Of a stretch of DNA of 64,000 nt, positions 38,069-46,978 are shown piece by piece. The first letter of the stretch is position 1. Every line of letters begins with the position of its first letter. The notes below the pieces were generated by a model. That model saw nothing but the letters and a program-made list of their open reading frames with translations. It made no database searches and was not told where the DNA came from. The position numbers were made by a program, and so were the translations under genes. Origin of the DNA: an uncultured candidate division Zixibacteria bacterium (GTDB lineage Bacteria; Zixibacteria; MSB-5A5; GN15; FEB-12); the NCBI GenBank assembly GCA_963806185.1, contig CAWDXE010000001.1, positions 992,001-1,056,000 of the forward strand. The letters run 5' to 3'.

Positions 38069-38236
38069 ATGTACTGCGCGCAGTGCAGTGAGAAAATTTT
38101 GGGCAAACCGATCAAGCAGGGTGCGGATTTCTACTGTTCGCTCGAATGCGCCAACCTCGCCTCCGGTATCGAACCGGCTGATGACGAGGAGTATTTCGAG
38201 GAAGAAATCGACGAGCTGTACGAAGAAGACGAGTAA
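38069..38236 (+). CDS. Small (55 aa) TRASH/treble-clef-like metal-binding protein with an acidic tail; not in the ORF track
   Basis: SD GAGGA; translation MYCAQCSEKILGKPIKQGADFYCSLECANLASGIEPADDEEYFEEEIDELYEEDE*. Confidence 0.8.
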   Translation: MYCAQCSEKILGKPIKQGADFYCSLECANLASGIEPADDEEYFEEEIDELYEEDE

Positions 38237-38262
38237 CCCTCGCCCTCCGTCGTCGGCTTCAA

Positions 38263-38739
38263 CTACTCTCGCGTGATCTTCAGAATCTCGTACTGCAGCT
38301 TGCCTGCCGGTACGGTGATGGTCACCTGCTCGCCGACCGCCTTGCCCAATAACCCTTGCCCAATCGGCGACTTCACCGAAATCATATCCTTGTCGACGTC
38401 GGCTTCATCAGCCGGCACAATCGTATACCAGAGTTCTTCGTTGTCGCGAAGGTCTTTCACGAGCACTTTCGCGAACAGATAGACCTTGTCGCCCGGAATC
38501 TTATCGATATCCAGGGACATAACCCGGGAAAGCTTGTCTTCGAGTTCGGCAATACGCCGTTCGAGATGAACCTGGGCCTCTTTGGCGGCATGATATTCGG
38601 CATTTTCCGACAAGTCGCCCAGTTCCTTGGCCCGCTTGATCTCAGCAACCAGTTTGGGGCGGTCGTCATACTTGAGCTTCTTTAGGTCCGCCTCCATCTT
38701 CAGTCGCCCGTCCCGGGATAAATAAATCGGTTCACTCAT
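38263..38739 (-). CDS. greA: Transcription elongation factor GreA
   Basis: GDLSENAEYHAAKE, ISVKSPIGQGLLGK, VPAG. Confidence 0.96.
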   Translation of the reverse strand: MSEPIYLSRDGRLKMEADLKKLKYDDRPKLVAEIKRAKELGDLSENAEYHAAKEAQVHLERRIAELEDKLSRVMSLDIDKIPGDKVYLFAKVLVKDLRDNEELWYTIVPADEADVDKDMISVKSPIGQGLLGKAVGEQVTITVPAGKLQYEILKITRE

Positions 38740-38777
38740 GGCCGGTAATATACGCCATCCGGCAGCCTATGGCAAGA

Positions 38778-40151
38778 TTAAGCCCGGCGACGTGCCAACG
38801 CCCCATAACTTATCAGCGAGATCGCCAGCCCGGGGAAGATCGGCTGCAAGCCCAGCCAAAAATCGTCTGTGCCGGTCCAATTTTTCGAAAGATACCAGAC
38901 CAGCGAAATCCCCCCGGCCACGAGAATCGTCGCGAACGCTCCATTGCCGGAAAAGCGCCGCCGGCCCGTGAATGAGAACAGCACCGGTACCAGCAGGGCC
39001 GGAGTCCCAATTGATCCAAACGCATACCAGATGTCCACCACGGATCGGAAGACAAGTACAAACGACACGGCCACTGCCGCCGACACCAGCAGACCAACTC
39101 GCGTCCAGTACAGCACGTTCTTTTTCGCTCCGGCCGATAGCCGCGCCATGATATCGTTGCCGAAGGTTGACGCGGATATGAAGAAATACGAATCCACCGT
39201 CGACTGTACCGTCGAGAACATCGCCAGCGCAAACAGTCCCATAACGCCCACCGGAAGAATTTTCAGCGCCAGCATGGGAAACGACGATACCGGATCGGCC
39301 AAATCGGGCAGAAGCGCCCGCGCATAGAGTCCGCAGCTGGTTGTCATGAAATCAAAAATGGCCCAGCACGCGATTGACACGATAATCCCCCAGCGCGCCG
39401 TCCGGGCCGTCTTGGCAGCATAGCATCGCTGAAAGAATGCCGGCTCCACGAGTGTCGCCAGCGCGATCACGTACCAGGTAGCAATATACCACCCCGACTG
39501 CCCCCCATGCCAGGTGAGATGCGATTCCGGCACCCGTGGCGCGATATACGCCAGCCCGCCATACTTAATGACCAGGAAAACCAACAACACCGCAAATCCG
39601 AGAAACATGAACACCGTCTGGAAAATGTCGGTACGGACGACCGAACCGAACCCCCCAAGAAATAAGTAGAGAATTGAAAACAAACTGAAGAATACGACGC
39701 TCATCCAGAACGACCAGCCGAAAATCTGCTCGCAAAGAATGCCCATCGACAAAACATACGCTCCCGGCACAGTCATCAGATAGATGATTATCCCTCCTAA
39801 TACCGCTGTCTTGTTGTCGTACGCGCTTGCCAGCCGTTCCGGGATTGTGACCGCCTCCGACTGCCGTGCCTTCTTCGCCAGCAGCATGGCAAAGAGAAAG
39901 GCCGCCACATAGTACGGCAGACCGAACACCAGCCAGTTCGATAGACCGTAGCGATAGCTGTACTCCCCTACGCCGAGAATACCGCCGTACCACGTGGAGA
40001 CCAGACTGGCAACGAACGCCGGAAGCGTCAGCATCCGCCCGCCGACAATCAACTCGGCCGTCGATGTCGTATCCTTCAGCTTGCGCGCGAACCCCAGCCA
40101 GAGGATCGCCACGCAATACAGAATAATCAGACTGTAGTCAATCAGATGCAT
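38778..40151 (-). CDS. Sodium:solute symporter (SSS family), probable thiamine/precursor transporter
   Basis: SLVSTWYGG, LGGFGSVVRTD, FFQRCYAA, STVQSTVDS; many TM segments; second gene behind a TPP riboswitch. Confidence 0.88.
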   Translation of the reverse strand: MHLIDYSLIILYCVAILWLGFARKLKDTTSTAELIVGGRMLTLPAFVASLVSTWYGGILGVGEYSYRYGLSNWLVFGLPYYVAAFLFAMLLAKKARQSEAVTIPERLASAYDNKTAVLGGIIIYLMTVPGAYVLSMGILCEQIFGWSFWMSVVFFSLFSILYLFLGGFGSVVRTDIFQTVFMFLGFAVLLVFLVIKYGGLAYIAPRVPESHLTWHGGQSGWYIATWYVIALATLVEPAFFQRCYAAKTARTARWGIIVSIACWAIFDFMTTSCGLYARALLPDLADPVSSFPMLALKILPVGVMGLFALAMFSTVQSTVDSYFFISASTFGNDIMARLSAGAKKNVLYWTRVGLLVSAAVAVSFVLVFRSVVDIWYAFGSIGTPALLVPVLFSFTGRRRFSGNGAFATILVAGGISLVWYLSKNWTGTDDFWLGLQPIFPGLAISLISYGALARRRA

Positions 40152-40157
40152 GGCACC

Positions 40158-42608
40158 CTAAAACAGTTCGAGTGACACCTGCGTCCAGAACGATCGTTCC
40201 GGCGCCACATAATATTCCGCCCACCCGCCGACTATCGTCGCACCGGCGTCCGTGTAAGCGTAGTTGCCGCCGTATCCTGAGGCTTCATACTTCATGTCAA
40301 ACAGATTGTCGACCCGCCCCGAGAAGACCAAATTGCCGCCAAGTACGTTGCCGAGCGTGTACGCCGCCGACAGCGAGGCTGTCGCGAACGGTTTGATCGC
40401 CAGCGAGTCGATATTGAACAGTTCCATATACTGCGTACCCACAAACCGTCCTCGTGCCGTCAATCGCCAGTTGTGCAGCTGAGCGTCGGCCACCACACTC
40501 CCCAGGTAATCAGGAGCATTGACAATCTTCTTGTCAGCGAAATCGACCACGATGCCGTCGATCTCCGGAGCGTAGTCTTTCACCCGATTGTAGTTGAGCG
40601 ACAGGTTCCCCGTCACATTCAACCACGGTGTCGCTTTCATACCGCCGGAACATTCAATTCCAGCGTGCACCGATCGATCGGCGTTTACCGTCATCGCCAA
40701 CCCGGTCGAGGCATTGATACCGCCGTACGGAAGAATCTCATCACGGAAATCCATCCAGAAGAAATTCACTCCGGCCTGGTACCGGTCGCTCCGGTACTCT
40801 CCCCCCAGTTCGAGATCGTACACCCGTTCGCTCTTCGCGGTAGGGTCACCAAACGTGAAGACCGAGTCACCCGATGCGCTCGTACTGATGTTGAGGACTT
40901 CGAGCGACGGCCGTGCGTGCGGGTCACTCGCGTCGTACATCGCCGCGTCGGTGGGCGTGCGCGACGACACCGAAAAGTTGGTGTAGAGTCGCAGTCGTTG
41001 GGTTGGTGCATAATTGATTCCGAGCCTCGGGGAGAGAAACAGCCAGTCGACGTCGTACTGATACCCCGGAAAGGCACCCAGCGTCTTTTGGTCAAAATCG
41101 TACCGCTGATACCGAAATTGCGCCGTCGCCTGCATCGATAGCCGCTCGCTCAAGCGATAGTGTTCCTGTGCGAACAGAGAGCCGACTTGCTTCGTACCGC
41201 GGTACTGATAATATCTATGGCGCGGATCGAGCGTGCCGCTCAGATGTTGGGCCCAAACCACCTGCCCCCAGTGATCGGAATCGAACAGATAGAACGAACC
41301 GCCGAACGAATGCGTGCCGCGCGAGTGTTCGATATCGAGCCGCGGATTCCATCCGACCTGACTCTTCTCCACCCACTGCTGACGCACCGCCGACCCGAAC
41401 GTCTCACCATCCGTCTGTGAATCGTCAATGTCGTATTCGGCGTACAACGCGCTGTCCTTGAATTGCTCGTAATACCCCTTGCCGCGGATATAGTACAACG
41501 TGTTTTGCAGCGTCACCTTTTCGGAAAGCTGGTAGGTGTTGTGCAATTGATAGTGCGGCTGATTGAAATTGTCGGTCTCGTTATCGTAGTGGAACGGGTT
41601 GTATCTGCGGTCGCCCGCCAGCGTTTCCCGGTCGGCGCCGTAGTATGACAGATGCATCCGCATCGGTCCGCCGTATACGTACAGCTCGGTCGTCATTCTC
41701 GGGTCGATCCGCGCGACCGAAAAGTAATACGCCCATCCTTCGTACCAGCTGTTTTCGCGATATCCGCCTGTCTTCTGTCGCGAGTACCGTCCGGCGAACT
41801 GCCACTGGCCGTCCACCAGTCCGGATGAATATTCCAGACTTTGCCGATAGATGTCACTCACCTGCTTTCCGTCCGACATGTACCCGCCATACCCGTTGGT
41901 TACTTTCATCGCGCGCGGGCGGCCGAGAGAGTTGGTTACGGCGTTAATCGAGCCGCCGAACGAGGCGTCTCCGTAGAGCGAATTGCCAACGCCGCGCTGC
42001 ACCTGTATGTCGGTGATGGTCGACGCAAAATCCGGCAGATCGGTAAAGTAGGTCGCCTGATCCTCGGGATCGTTGAGCGGGACACCGTTGATGTAGGTCG
42101 ATATCCGCTTGTCATCGAAGCCCCGAATGTTCAGGTAACTGTAGCCGAGCGACGCACCCCCGTCGGAAAAGGCATACACGTTGGGCGTCGATTCCAGCAG
42201 GAGCGGAAACTCCCCGACCGTGTAGTCGCGTTTGATCTGATCGGTGGAGTAGTTGGAAAACGCGGATGGTGTGACTCCGGCGGCGGCTCGGTCCGAGCGC
42301 ACGATTATGTCAGCCTGCCGATAGTAAATCGGCTGCAAAACCACCGGATCGGGAATCTCGCCGATTCTGAACTGCTGCGCCGCGTATCCGACCGACGAAA
42401 ACGTGACCCGCGTCACGTCGCTGGACGGATCCAGTTGATATCGCCCGGTCGAGTCGGTCATCGTGCCAACGGCACGCACATTGGTGACCACCGATACGCC
42501 CAGCAGCGGCCGGTTTTCCGGGTCGGTTACCCGGCCGGTCTGAGTCGCGGCCCTGCCCAGCGATGCCAGACAGAGCACAGCCAGGGTCAAGTGAATGAAA
42601 CGTTTCAT
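40158..42608 (-). CDS. TonB-dependent receptor, probable thiamine outer-membrane transporter
   Basis: Signal peptide, GYSYLNIRG, INGVPLNDPE, IQVQRGVG, SFGGSIN, NETDNFNQPHYQL, C-terminal SLELF; TPP riboswitch upstream. Confidence 0.92.
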   Translation of the reverse strand: MKRFIHLTLAVLCLASLGRAATQTGRVTDPENRPLLGVSVVTNVRAVGTMTDSTGRYQLDPSSDVTRVTFSSVGYAAQQFRIGEIPDPVVLQPIYYRQADIIVRSDRAAAGVTPSAFSNYSTDQIKRDYTVGEFPLLLESTPNVYAFSDGGASLGYSYLNIRGFDDKRISTYINGVPLNDPEDQATYFTDLPDFASTITDIQVQRGVGNSLYGDASFGGSINAVTNSLGRPRAMKVTNGYGGYMSDGKQVSDIYRQSLEYSSGLVDGQWQFAGRYSRQKTGGYRENSWYEGWAYYFSVARIDPRMTTELYVYGGPMRMHLSYYGADRETLAGDRRYNPFHYDNETDNFNQPHYQLHNTYQLSEKVTLQNTLYYIRGKGYYEQFKDSALYAEYDIDDSQTDGETFGSAVRQQWVEKSQVGWNPRLDIEHSRGTHSFGGSFYLFDSDHWGQVVWAQHLSGTLDPRHRYYQYRGTKQVGSLFAQEHYRLSERLSMQATAQFRYQRYDFDQKTLGAFPGYQYDVDWLFLSPRLGINYAPTQRLRLYTNFSVSSRTPTDAAMYDASDPHARPSLEVLNISTSASGDSVFTFGDPTAKSERVYDLELGGEYRSDRYQAGVNFFWMDFRDEILPYGGINASTGLAMTVNADRSVHAGIECSGGMKATPWLNVTGNLSLNYNRVKDYAPEIDGIVVDFADKKIVNAPDYLGSVVADAQLHNWRLTARGRFVGTQYMELFNIDSLAIKPFATASLSAAYTLGNVLGGNLVFSGRVDNLFDMKYEASGYGGNYAYTDAGATIVGGWAEYYVAPERSFWTQVSLELF

Positions 42609-42718
42609 GACAGCAACCTCGCGTTAACGGTTTACGTTTAGCAAGATTCCGTCCTGAATCGATAGGTGAGCCCGCATACATGCGGACAGAGGGGATGTAG
42701 GAGTTCGTCTCTCCATCG

Positions 42719-42797
42719 CCGTTTCCCTACGCCGGTATTACCCGGATCAGGTCAAGGGGGTATGATCTCAGGCGGTCTTTTACGCCACCCCCAACGG
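42719..42797 (-). ncRNA. TPP (THI-box) riboswitch
   Basis: Minus strand CCGTT GGGGGTG...CTGAGA TCATACCC...ACCTGATC CGGGTAATACCGG CGTAGGGA AACGG: the conserved TPP motifs plus P1 pairing. Confidence 0.96.
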
Positions 42798-42893
42798 AAC
42801 TATTCTGTTTTCGCTTTCAATATGCTTTGCCGAAATCTCCGCGCAAGCCCTTTTTTGCCGCCATCGGATGCGTGCCACAAGCTATCGCGGTTG

Positions 42894-43766
42894 TCACTTC
42901 TTCGGCGGACCATTCTTGATCCGCTCGTCCATGGCACCAAAGACGTACCCCCAGGCGTTGTCAAAGTAGTTATATACCTCATCCCATTTCGGACCCTCTC
43001 CCCACCCCTGGTGCGTCAGCCGCACGCGCGTTTGTCCCGCGTCGATCGGTTCAAATTCAACCACGACATATGTGTGTTTCTTCCGCATCTCGCCGAATTT
43101 TGGCGGTGCGTTCCACGTGAACGAAACAAACTTGTTCTCCAGATAGCTCAACACGCGGCACCCCTCCGATCCCCGCTCGCCGACCGGAGCATCCAGCGAA
43201 AACAGAATTTCATACGGGCCGCCGACGGTCAATTGCACTTTGGCTTGCGCGGCAAAGAATTCTTCGAGTCCTTCTTTGGTCGTCCAGAGTCGATAGACCT
43301 CAGCCACCGGCGCCGCTACCACTGTGTCCTTGACAATTTTCCGCCCCCCGCTCACCGGGATTTGTGTCTGCAGTCCGTCGCCGCGCCAGTCCGCCGGCCC
43401 CAAAGAAATGATATACGGGTGCAGTTCCGCCGTGAAAATACCCGCCTTTACCGCCGGATCATCAGCCATGATCCCCTTTGCTTCATCCTCGCTTGTGGTG
43501 CGAACAATGACAAGACCGTAGGCCGCGTCCTCACACGGTCCGGCCAGCAGCAACTTGCCTTCGGCCTGAAGTTTCTGCAGTCGAACAAAGTGGGCGCCTA
43601 GGACCGCCTGCTCGTCGGGCGTGACCGTCTGCAGGAAATCCGCGCGCGAGGGTCGCAGAAGAATCAGATAGCTTTTGGTTTCAATCACTTGTTCGTCTCC
43701 CTTCGCCGGCAGCGGATCAATAAGCATAAGAAACGTCATAGCGAGCGCGAAAATGGCTTTCATCAT
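42894..43766 (-). CDS. Secreted YciI-like + SRPBCC/AHSA1 fusion protein
   Basis: Signal peptide; HFVRL..GKLLLAGP...DDPAVKAG...LHP (YciI); VYRLWTTKEGL...GGPYEI...SFTWNAPP...VRLTH.GW...W (SRPBCC). Confidence 0.78.
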   Translation of the reverse strand: MMKAIFALAMTFLMLIDPLPAKGDEQVIETKSYLILLRPSRADFLQTVTPDEQAVLGAHFVRLQKLQAEGKLLLAGPCEDAAYGLVIVRTTSEDEAKGIMADDPAVKAGIFTAELHPYIISLGPADWRGDGLQTQIPVSGGRKIVKDTVVAAPVAEVYRLWTTKEGLEEFFAAQAKVQLTVGGPYEILFSLDAPVGERGSEGCRVLSYLENKFVSFTWNAPPKFGEMRKKHTYVVVEFEPIDAGQTRVRLTHQGWGEGPKWDEVYNYFDNAWGYVFGAMDERIKNGPPKK

Positions 43767-44090
43767 TTCTCCCGTTTGAGCGTAGAGTTCTATTGGCGGC
43801 GAGACCAAATTGGCCTTTCCGACAAGGTCTGTCAAGATTACTTTTTGAACTCTTGAACACTAACCCTGGCCCGCTCTCGGCCAGGCCAGTTTGAACTATT
43901 CATCGTGGACGTTCGCTATCCATAAGTATCGATCCCACAAATAGTTGCCGGACCGCACCGGCACGTGCTATCTTATTAATGGGAAGAGTAGGTGCGTCGC
44001 TTCTCGAATTCAAAATGGTGATGTTTGCACAGTGGCCGACGGACTTCCAGTGTATACTCTATATGGACGTTCAACGAGAGGACGGTTGTG

Positions 44091-44927
44091 ATGACGAAGA
44101 AACGATCCGACGAAGATATCAAGACCGCCGTGCGCGAACACTACGCCGCGGCGATAACTCAGTCGCAGCCCTGCTGTGGACCGAAAATCACTCAGCTCGG
44201 GCCGGAGACATCGGGAAACTTCATCACGCTGGCCGGCTATTCGGCCGGGGACATTGCCCAGATGCCCGAATCGGTCACCTCGTTTGGCTGCGGCAATCCG
44301 GTGAACTTCATGGATGTCAGACCCGGCCAGACCGTGCTCGACCTCGGCTCGGGTGCCGGGCTGGATCTGATTCTGGCCGCTCGTAAAGTCGGACCGAACG
44401 GCAAGGTGATCGGTCTTGATATGACCCCGGAAATGATTGCCGTCTGCAAAAAGAACCTGGCCCAGGCAGGCGTGAAAAATTACGAAGTCCTGCACGGCGA
44501 AATGGAAGCGATGCCCATCCCTGCCGGCACGGTTGACTGGATCATTTCCAACTGTGTGATCAATCTCTCACCCGACAAAGCGAAAGTATTTGCCGAGGCG
44601 TATCGCGTGCTCAAGCCGGGCGGGCAGATTTTGGTCTCCGACATTGTGGCCATGGGAATGCCTGATGAATTTCGCGACGACATCCGTGCCTGGGTCGGCT
44701 GCATCGCCGGTGCTCTGGAAGAAGAAGACTACCTGAACCACGCGCGGAGAGCCGGATTCACGGATGTCAAAGTAGTGGATAAACTGGTGTACACCGCCGA
44801 GACGCTAAACACCCTGGCCAACGGCGACTGCGGATGCGGCACGGCCGGTAAGCCGATTGCCCAATCGGCGATCGACCGGTACGCCGGGAAGATCGCGAGT
44901 GTGAAGGTGTACGCCCGTCGGTCGTGA
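44091..44927 (+). CDS. arsM: Arsenite S-adenosylmethionine methyltransferase
   Basis: VREHY, PCCG, SFGCGNP, VLDLGSGAGLD, GLDMTPEM, IISNCVINLSPDK, WVGCIAGAL. Confidence 0.88.
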   Translation: MTKKRSDEDIKTAVREHYAAAITQSQPCCGPKITQLGPETSGNFITLAGYSAGDIAQMPESVTSFGCGNPVNFMDVRPGQTVLDLGSGAGLDLILAARKVGPNGKVIGLDMTPEMIAVCKKNLAQAGVKNYEVLHGEMEAMPIPAGTVDWIISNCVINLSPDKAKVFAEAYRVLKPGGQILVSDIVAMGMPDEFRDDIRAWVGCIAGALEEEDYLNHARRAGFTDVKVVDKLVYTAETLNTLANGDCGCGTAGKPIAQSAIDRYAGKIASVKVYARRS

Positions 44928-44932
44928 CCGGC

Positions 44933-45718
44933 CTAGGCGACTTCCTTTCGCTGCAAGATATCGCCGCAGATACTGACTACGGTCACCGTGACCGGGAAAT
45001 CTGCCCCTGCGTTGGCGCGCGCCGTCATCGCGGCCTGGGCCAAACCGCCGCAGCAAGGCACTTCCATGAGCACGACTTCGAGCGACTTCAACTCGTTGAG
45101 TTGGAATATCTGAGTCAGCTTCTCGACATAGAATGGGAGATTGTCAAGTTTCGGACAGGCGATTGCCAGCGCCTTGCCGGTGAGCATTTCCGAATGAAAC
45201 CCGGCATGCGCAAACGGCACACAATCGGCCGCCAGCAAAAGATCGGCATTGCGGAAATAGGGAGCCTGTGGCGATACCAGCATCAGTTGCACAGGCCACT
45301 GGCGCAGCGACGACGGCTGGGGAGTGGATGCCAAGACAGCGGTCGGCACACTCTGAGGTGACCACTGTCGCATCGACGATCCGGGGCAACCGCTCTGATG
45401 AGCTGCGGGCCGCGGGCCCGGTGTGTGCGCGCCCATTGACAGCGGCGCCCGCTGAATGTGCGTTACCTTCGCCTGCTCCAGGTTGGCCGCGACCGCCAGC
45501 TCGTCATAGGCCTCGACTTCACGTCGCTCGATCGTCAACGCGCCGGTCGGACAGTGACCCAGACAGGCCCCGGCACCGTCGCAGTACTTCTCCGTTTTCA
45601 GTCGCGCTTTCCCATTGACGATTTCCAGCGCCCCCTCGGCGCATTTGCTGATGCAATCTCCGCATCCGTCGCAGAGCGCTTCGTCAATTCGGATGATATC
45701 ACGTACAACTTTTGGCAT
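44933..45718 (-). CDS. 4Fe-4S dicluster protein with C-terminal Cys-rich domain (type often found with hcp/Crp-Fnr regulons)
   Basis: CDGCGDCISKC, CDGAGACLGHCP, GCPGS, LRQWPVQL, AADC, IACPKLD, MEVPCC. Start at 45718 after GAGGG. Confidence 0.85.
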   Translation of the reverse strand: MPKVVRDIIRIDEALCDGCGDCISKCAEGALEIVNGKARLKTEKYCDGAGACLGHCPTGALTIERREVEAYDELAVAANLEQAKVTHIQRAPLSMGAHTPGPRPAAHQSGCPGSSMRQWSPQSVPTAVLASTPQPSSLRQWPVQLMLVSPQAPYFRNADLLLAADCVPFAHAGFHSEMLTGKALAIACPKLDNLPFYVEKLTQIFQLNELKSLEVVLMEVPCCGGLAQAAMTARANAGADFPVTVTVVSICGDILQRKEVA

Positions 45719-45776
45719 AACACCCTCAGGCTTCATGTGTTTCGCCATAAGATCGGTCGCCGTGGTGTCATCCACC

Positions 45777-45790
45777 TTGACTTAAATCAA
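45777..45790 (-). promoter_or_regulatory. FNR/Dnr/HcpR-type binding site
   Basis: TTGAT-TTAA-GTCAA (one mismatch to TTGAT-N4-ATCAA), lying between the Crp/Fnr gene and the 4Fe-4S gene. Confidence 0.7.
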
Positions 45791-45828
45791 CGGCTGTTAA
45801 TTGAATGGCTCCGGATTGATATAATCCA

Positions 45829-46533
45829 CTATCGCTCATGGGGATCAAGCCCCGCCAATTGCCTCAGGCGGACCCGATCGAGGACCTCTATGCGCGGTCC
45901 GTCGACCGAAATAACCTGATCCCGTATCAAGCGGGCTAATGATCGCGAGAGCGTCTCGGGAATAGTACCAAGCTGGGACGCCAGGACAGTCTTCTTCTCG
46001 ACCAACGTGATTACCGGTTGTTTCGACTTCGACTGCTCGTCCAGCGCGCCTATCAGATAGTGGGCCAGTCGAGTCGTCACGTCAGTCAACGACAACTCCT
46101 CCACCAGCTTTGTCATCTTCCGCAGCAACACCGATAGCCGGGCAATCAGATTGACTGCCAGTTCCGGATTGCGCCCCAGCAGCGCCACAAACCTGTCTCG
46201 TCCGATTACCACCATCTCAGTGTCTTCGAGAGCCTGTGCTGATGCCGGATAGCTGCTTCCCGAAAAGAGCGCCGCTTCGGCGAAACTGTCGCCGGGCCCG
46301 GCAATCATCAAGATCTGCTCCTTGCCGTCAGCCGACAACTTGAACACTTTGACCCGACCCGTGCCGACAAGATAAAACGCCCGGGCTGGATCCCCTTCGG
46401 TGAACAGCAACTCATCGCGACTTGCCGTCCGGATTGATGCACTCGCCGCAACATCGTCCAACGATCGATTATCCAGTTGGGAGAACAACTGCGATGACGC
46501 CACAATTGACTTTACCGAATTTGCCGTGGTCAT
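45829..46533 (-). CDS. Crp/Fnr family regulator (Dnr/HcpR-like, no Cys cluster)
   Basis: LFTEGD, GRVKVFK, GKEQIL, PGDSFAE, YPASAQALE, LASQLGTIPETLSRSL. Confidence 0.92.
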   Translation of the reverse strand: MTTANSVKSIVASSQLFSQLDNRSLDDVAASASIRTASRDELLFTEGDPARAFYLVGTGRVKVFKLSADGKEQILMIAGPGDSFAEAALFSGSSYPASAQALEDTEMVVIGRDRFVALLGRNPELAVNLIARLSVLLRKMTKLVEELSLTDVTTRLAHYLIGALDEQSKSKQPVITLVEKKTVLASQLGTIPETLSRSLARLIRDQVISVDGPRIEVLDRVRLRQLAGLDPHER

Positions 46534-46571
46534 GGAGGGAAGATAGATTTTTGTGGAGAAAAACGAAAGGA

Positions 46572-46928
46572 CTACAGGAGACTGTTGAGCAGGCGCTCAA
46601 TATCCGACATCATCAGCGGCTTGCCCAAAAAGCCGTCGGCCTTATGCTCACCCATGCGCGCTTCGGCGTCACCCACGGAATAACCGGAGATCAAAATCAC
46701 CAGCATCTTGGGGTAGCGGGTCTTCACCTCGCTGAGCAGTTCCAGCCCGGTCATGTTGGGCATGCGCATGTCGGTGATGACCATGGAGAAGCCGCCCTTT
46801 TCCAGCTCGGCCAGCGCTTCATTGCCGTCAGAGGCGCGAACTGAGGCATAGTCAAAGACTTCGAGCATCTCCGAAAGGAGGGAAGACATGTTCGGATTGT
46901 CATCGACTATCAATATCTTCTTGGTCAT
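46572..46928 (-). CDS. Single-domain response regulator (CheY-like)
   Basis: KILIVDD, ITDMRMPNMTG, ISG, FLGKP. Confidence 0.92.
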   Translation of the reverse strand: MTKKILIVDDNPNMSSLLSEMLEVFDYASVRASDGNEALAELEKGGFSMVITDMRMPNMTGLELLSEVKTRYPKMLVILISGYSVGDAEARMGEHKADGFLGKPLMMSDIERLLNSLL

Positions 46929-46978
46929 TCCGATCCTCGTCTTAAGGGCGGTATCGGCAGGACCAAAAAAAAGTTGAG

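Noticed and set aside
42697..42720. Minus strand GGCGATGGAG...ACTCCTAC resembles the ends of a fluoride riboswitch, right after the TPP aptamer
   Set aside because: It lacks the TTCGCC P1 strand and the central GCTGATG segment and is too short; probably part of the TPP expression platform.
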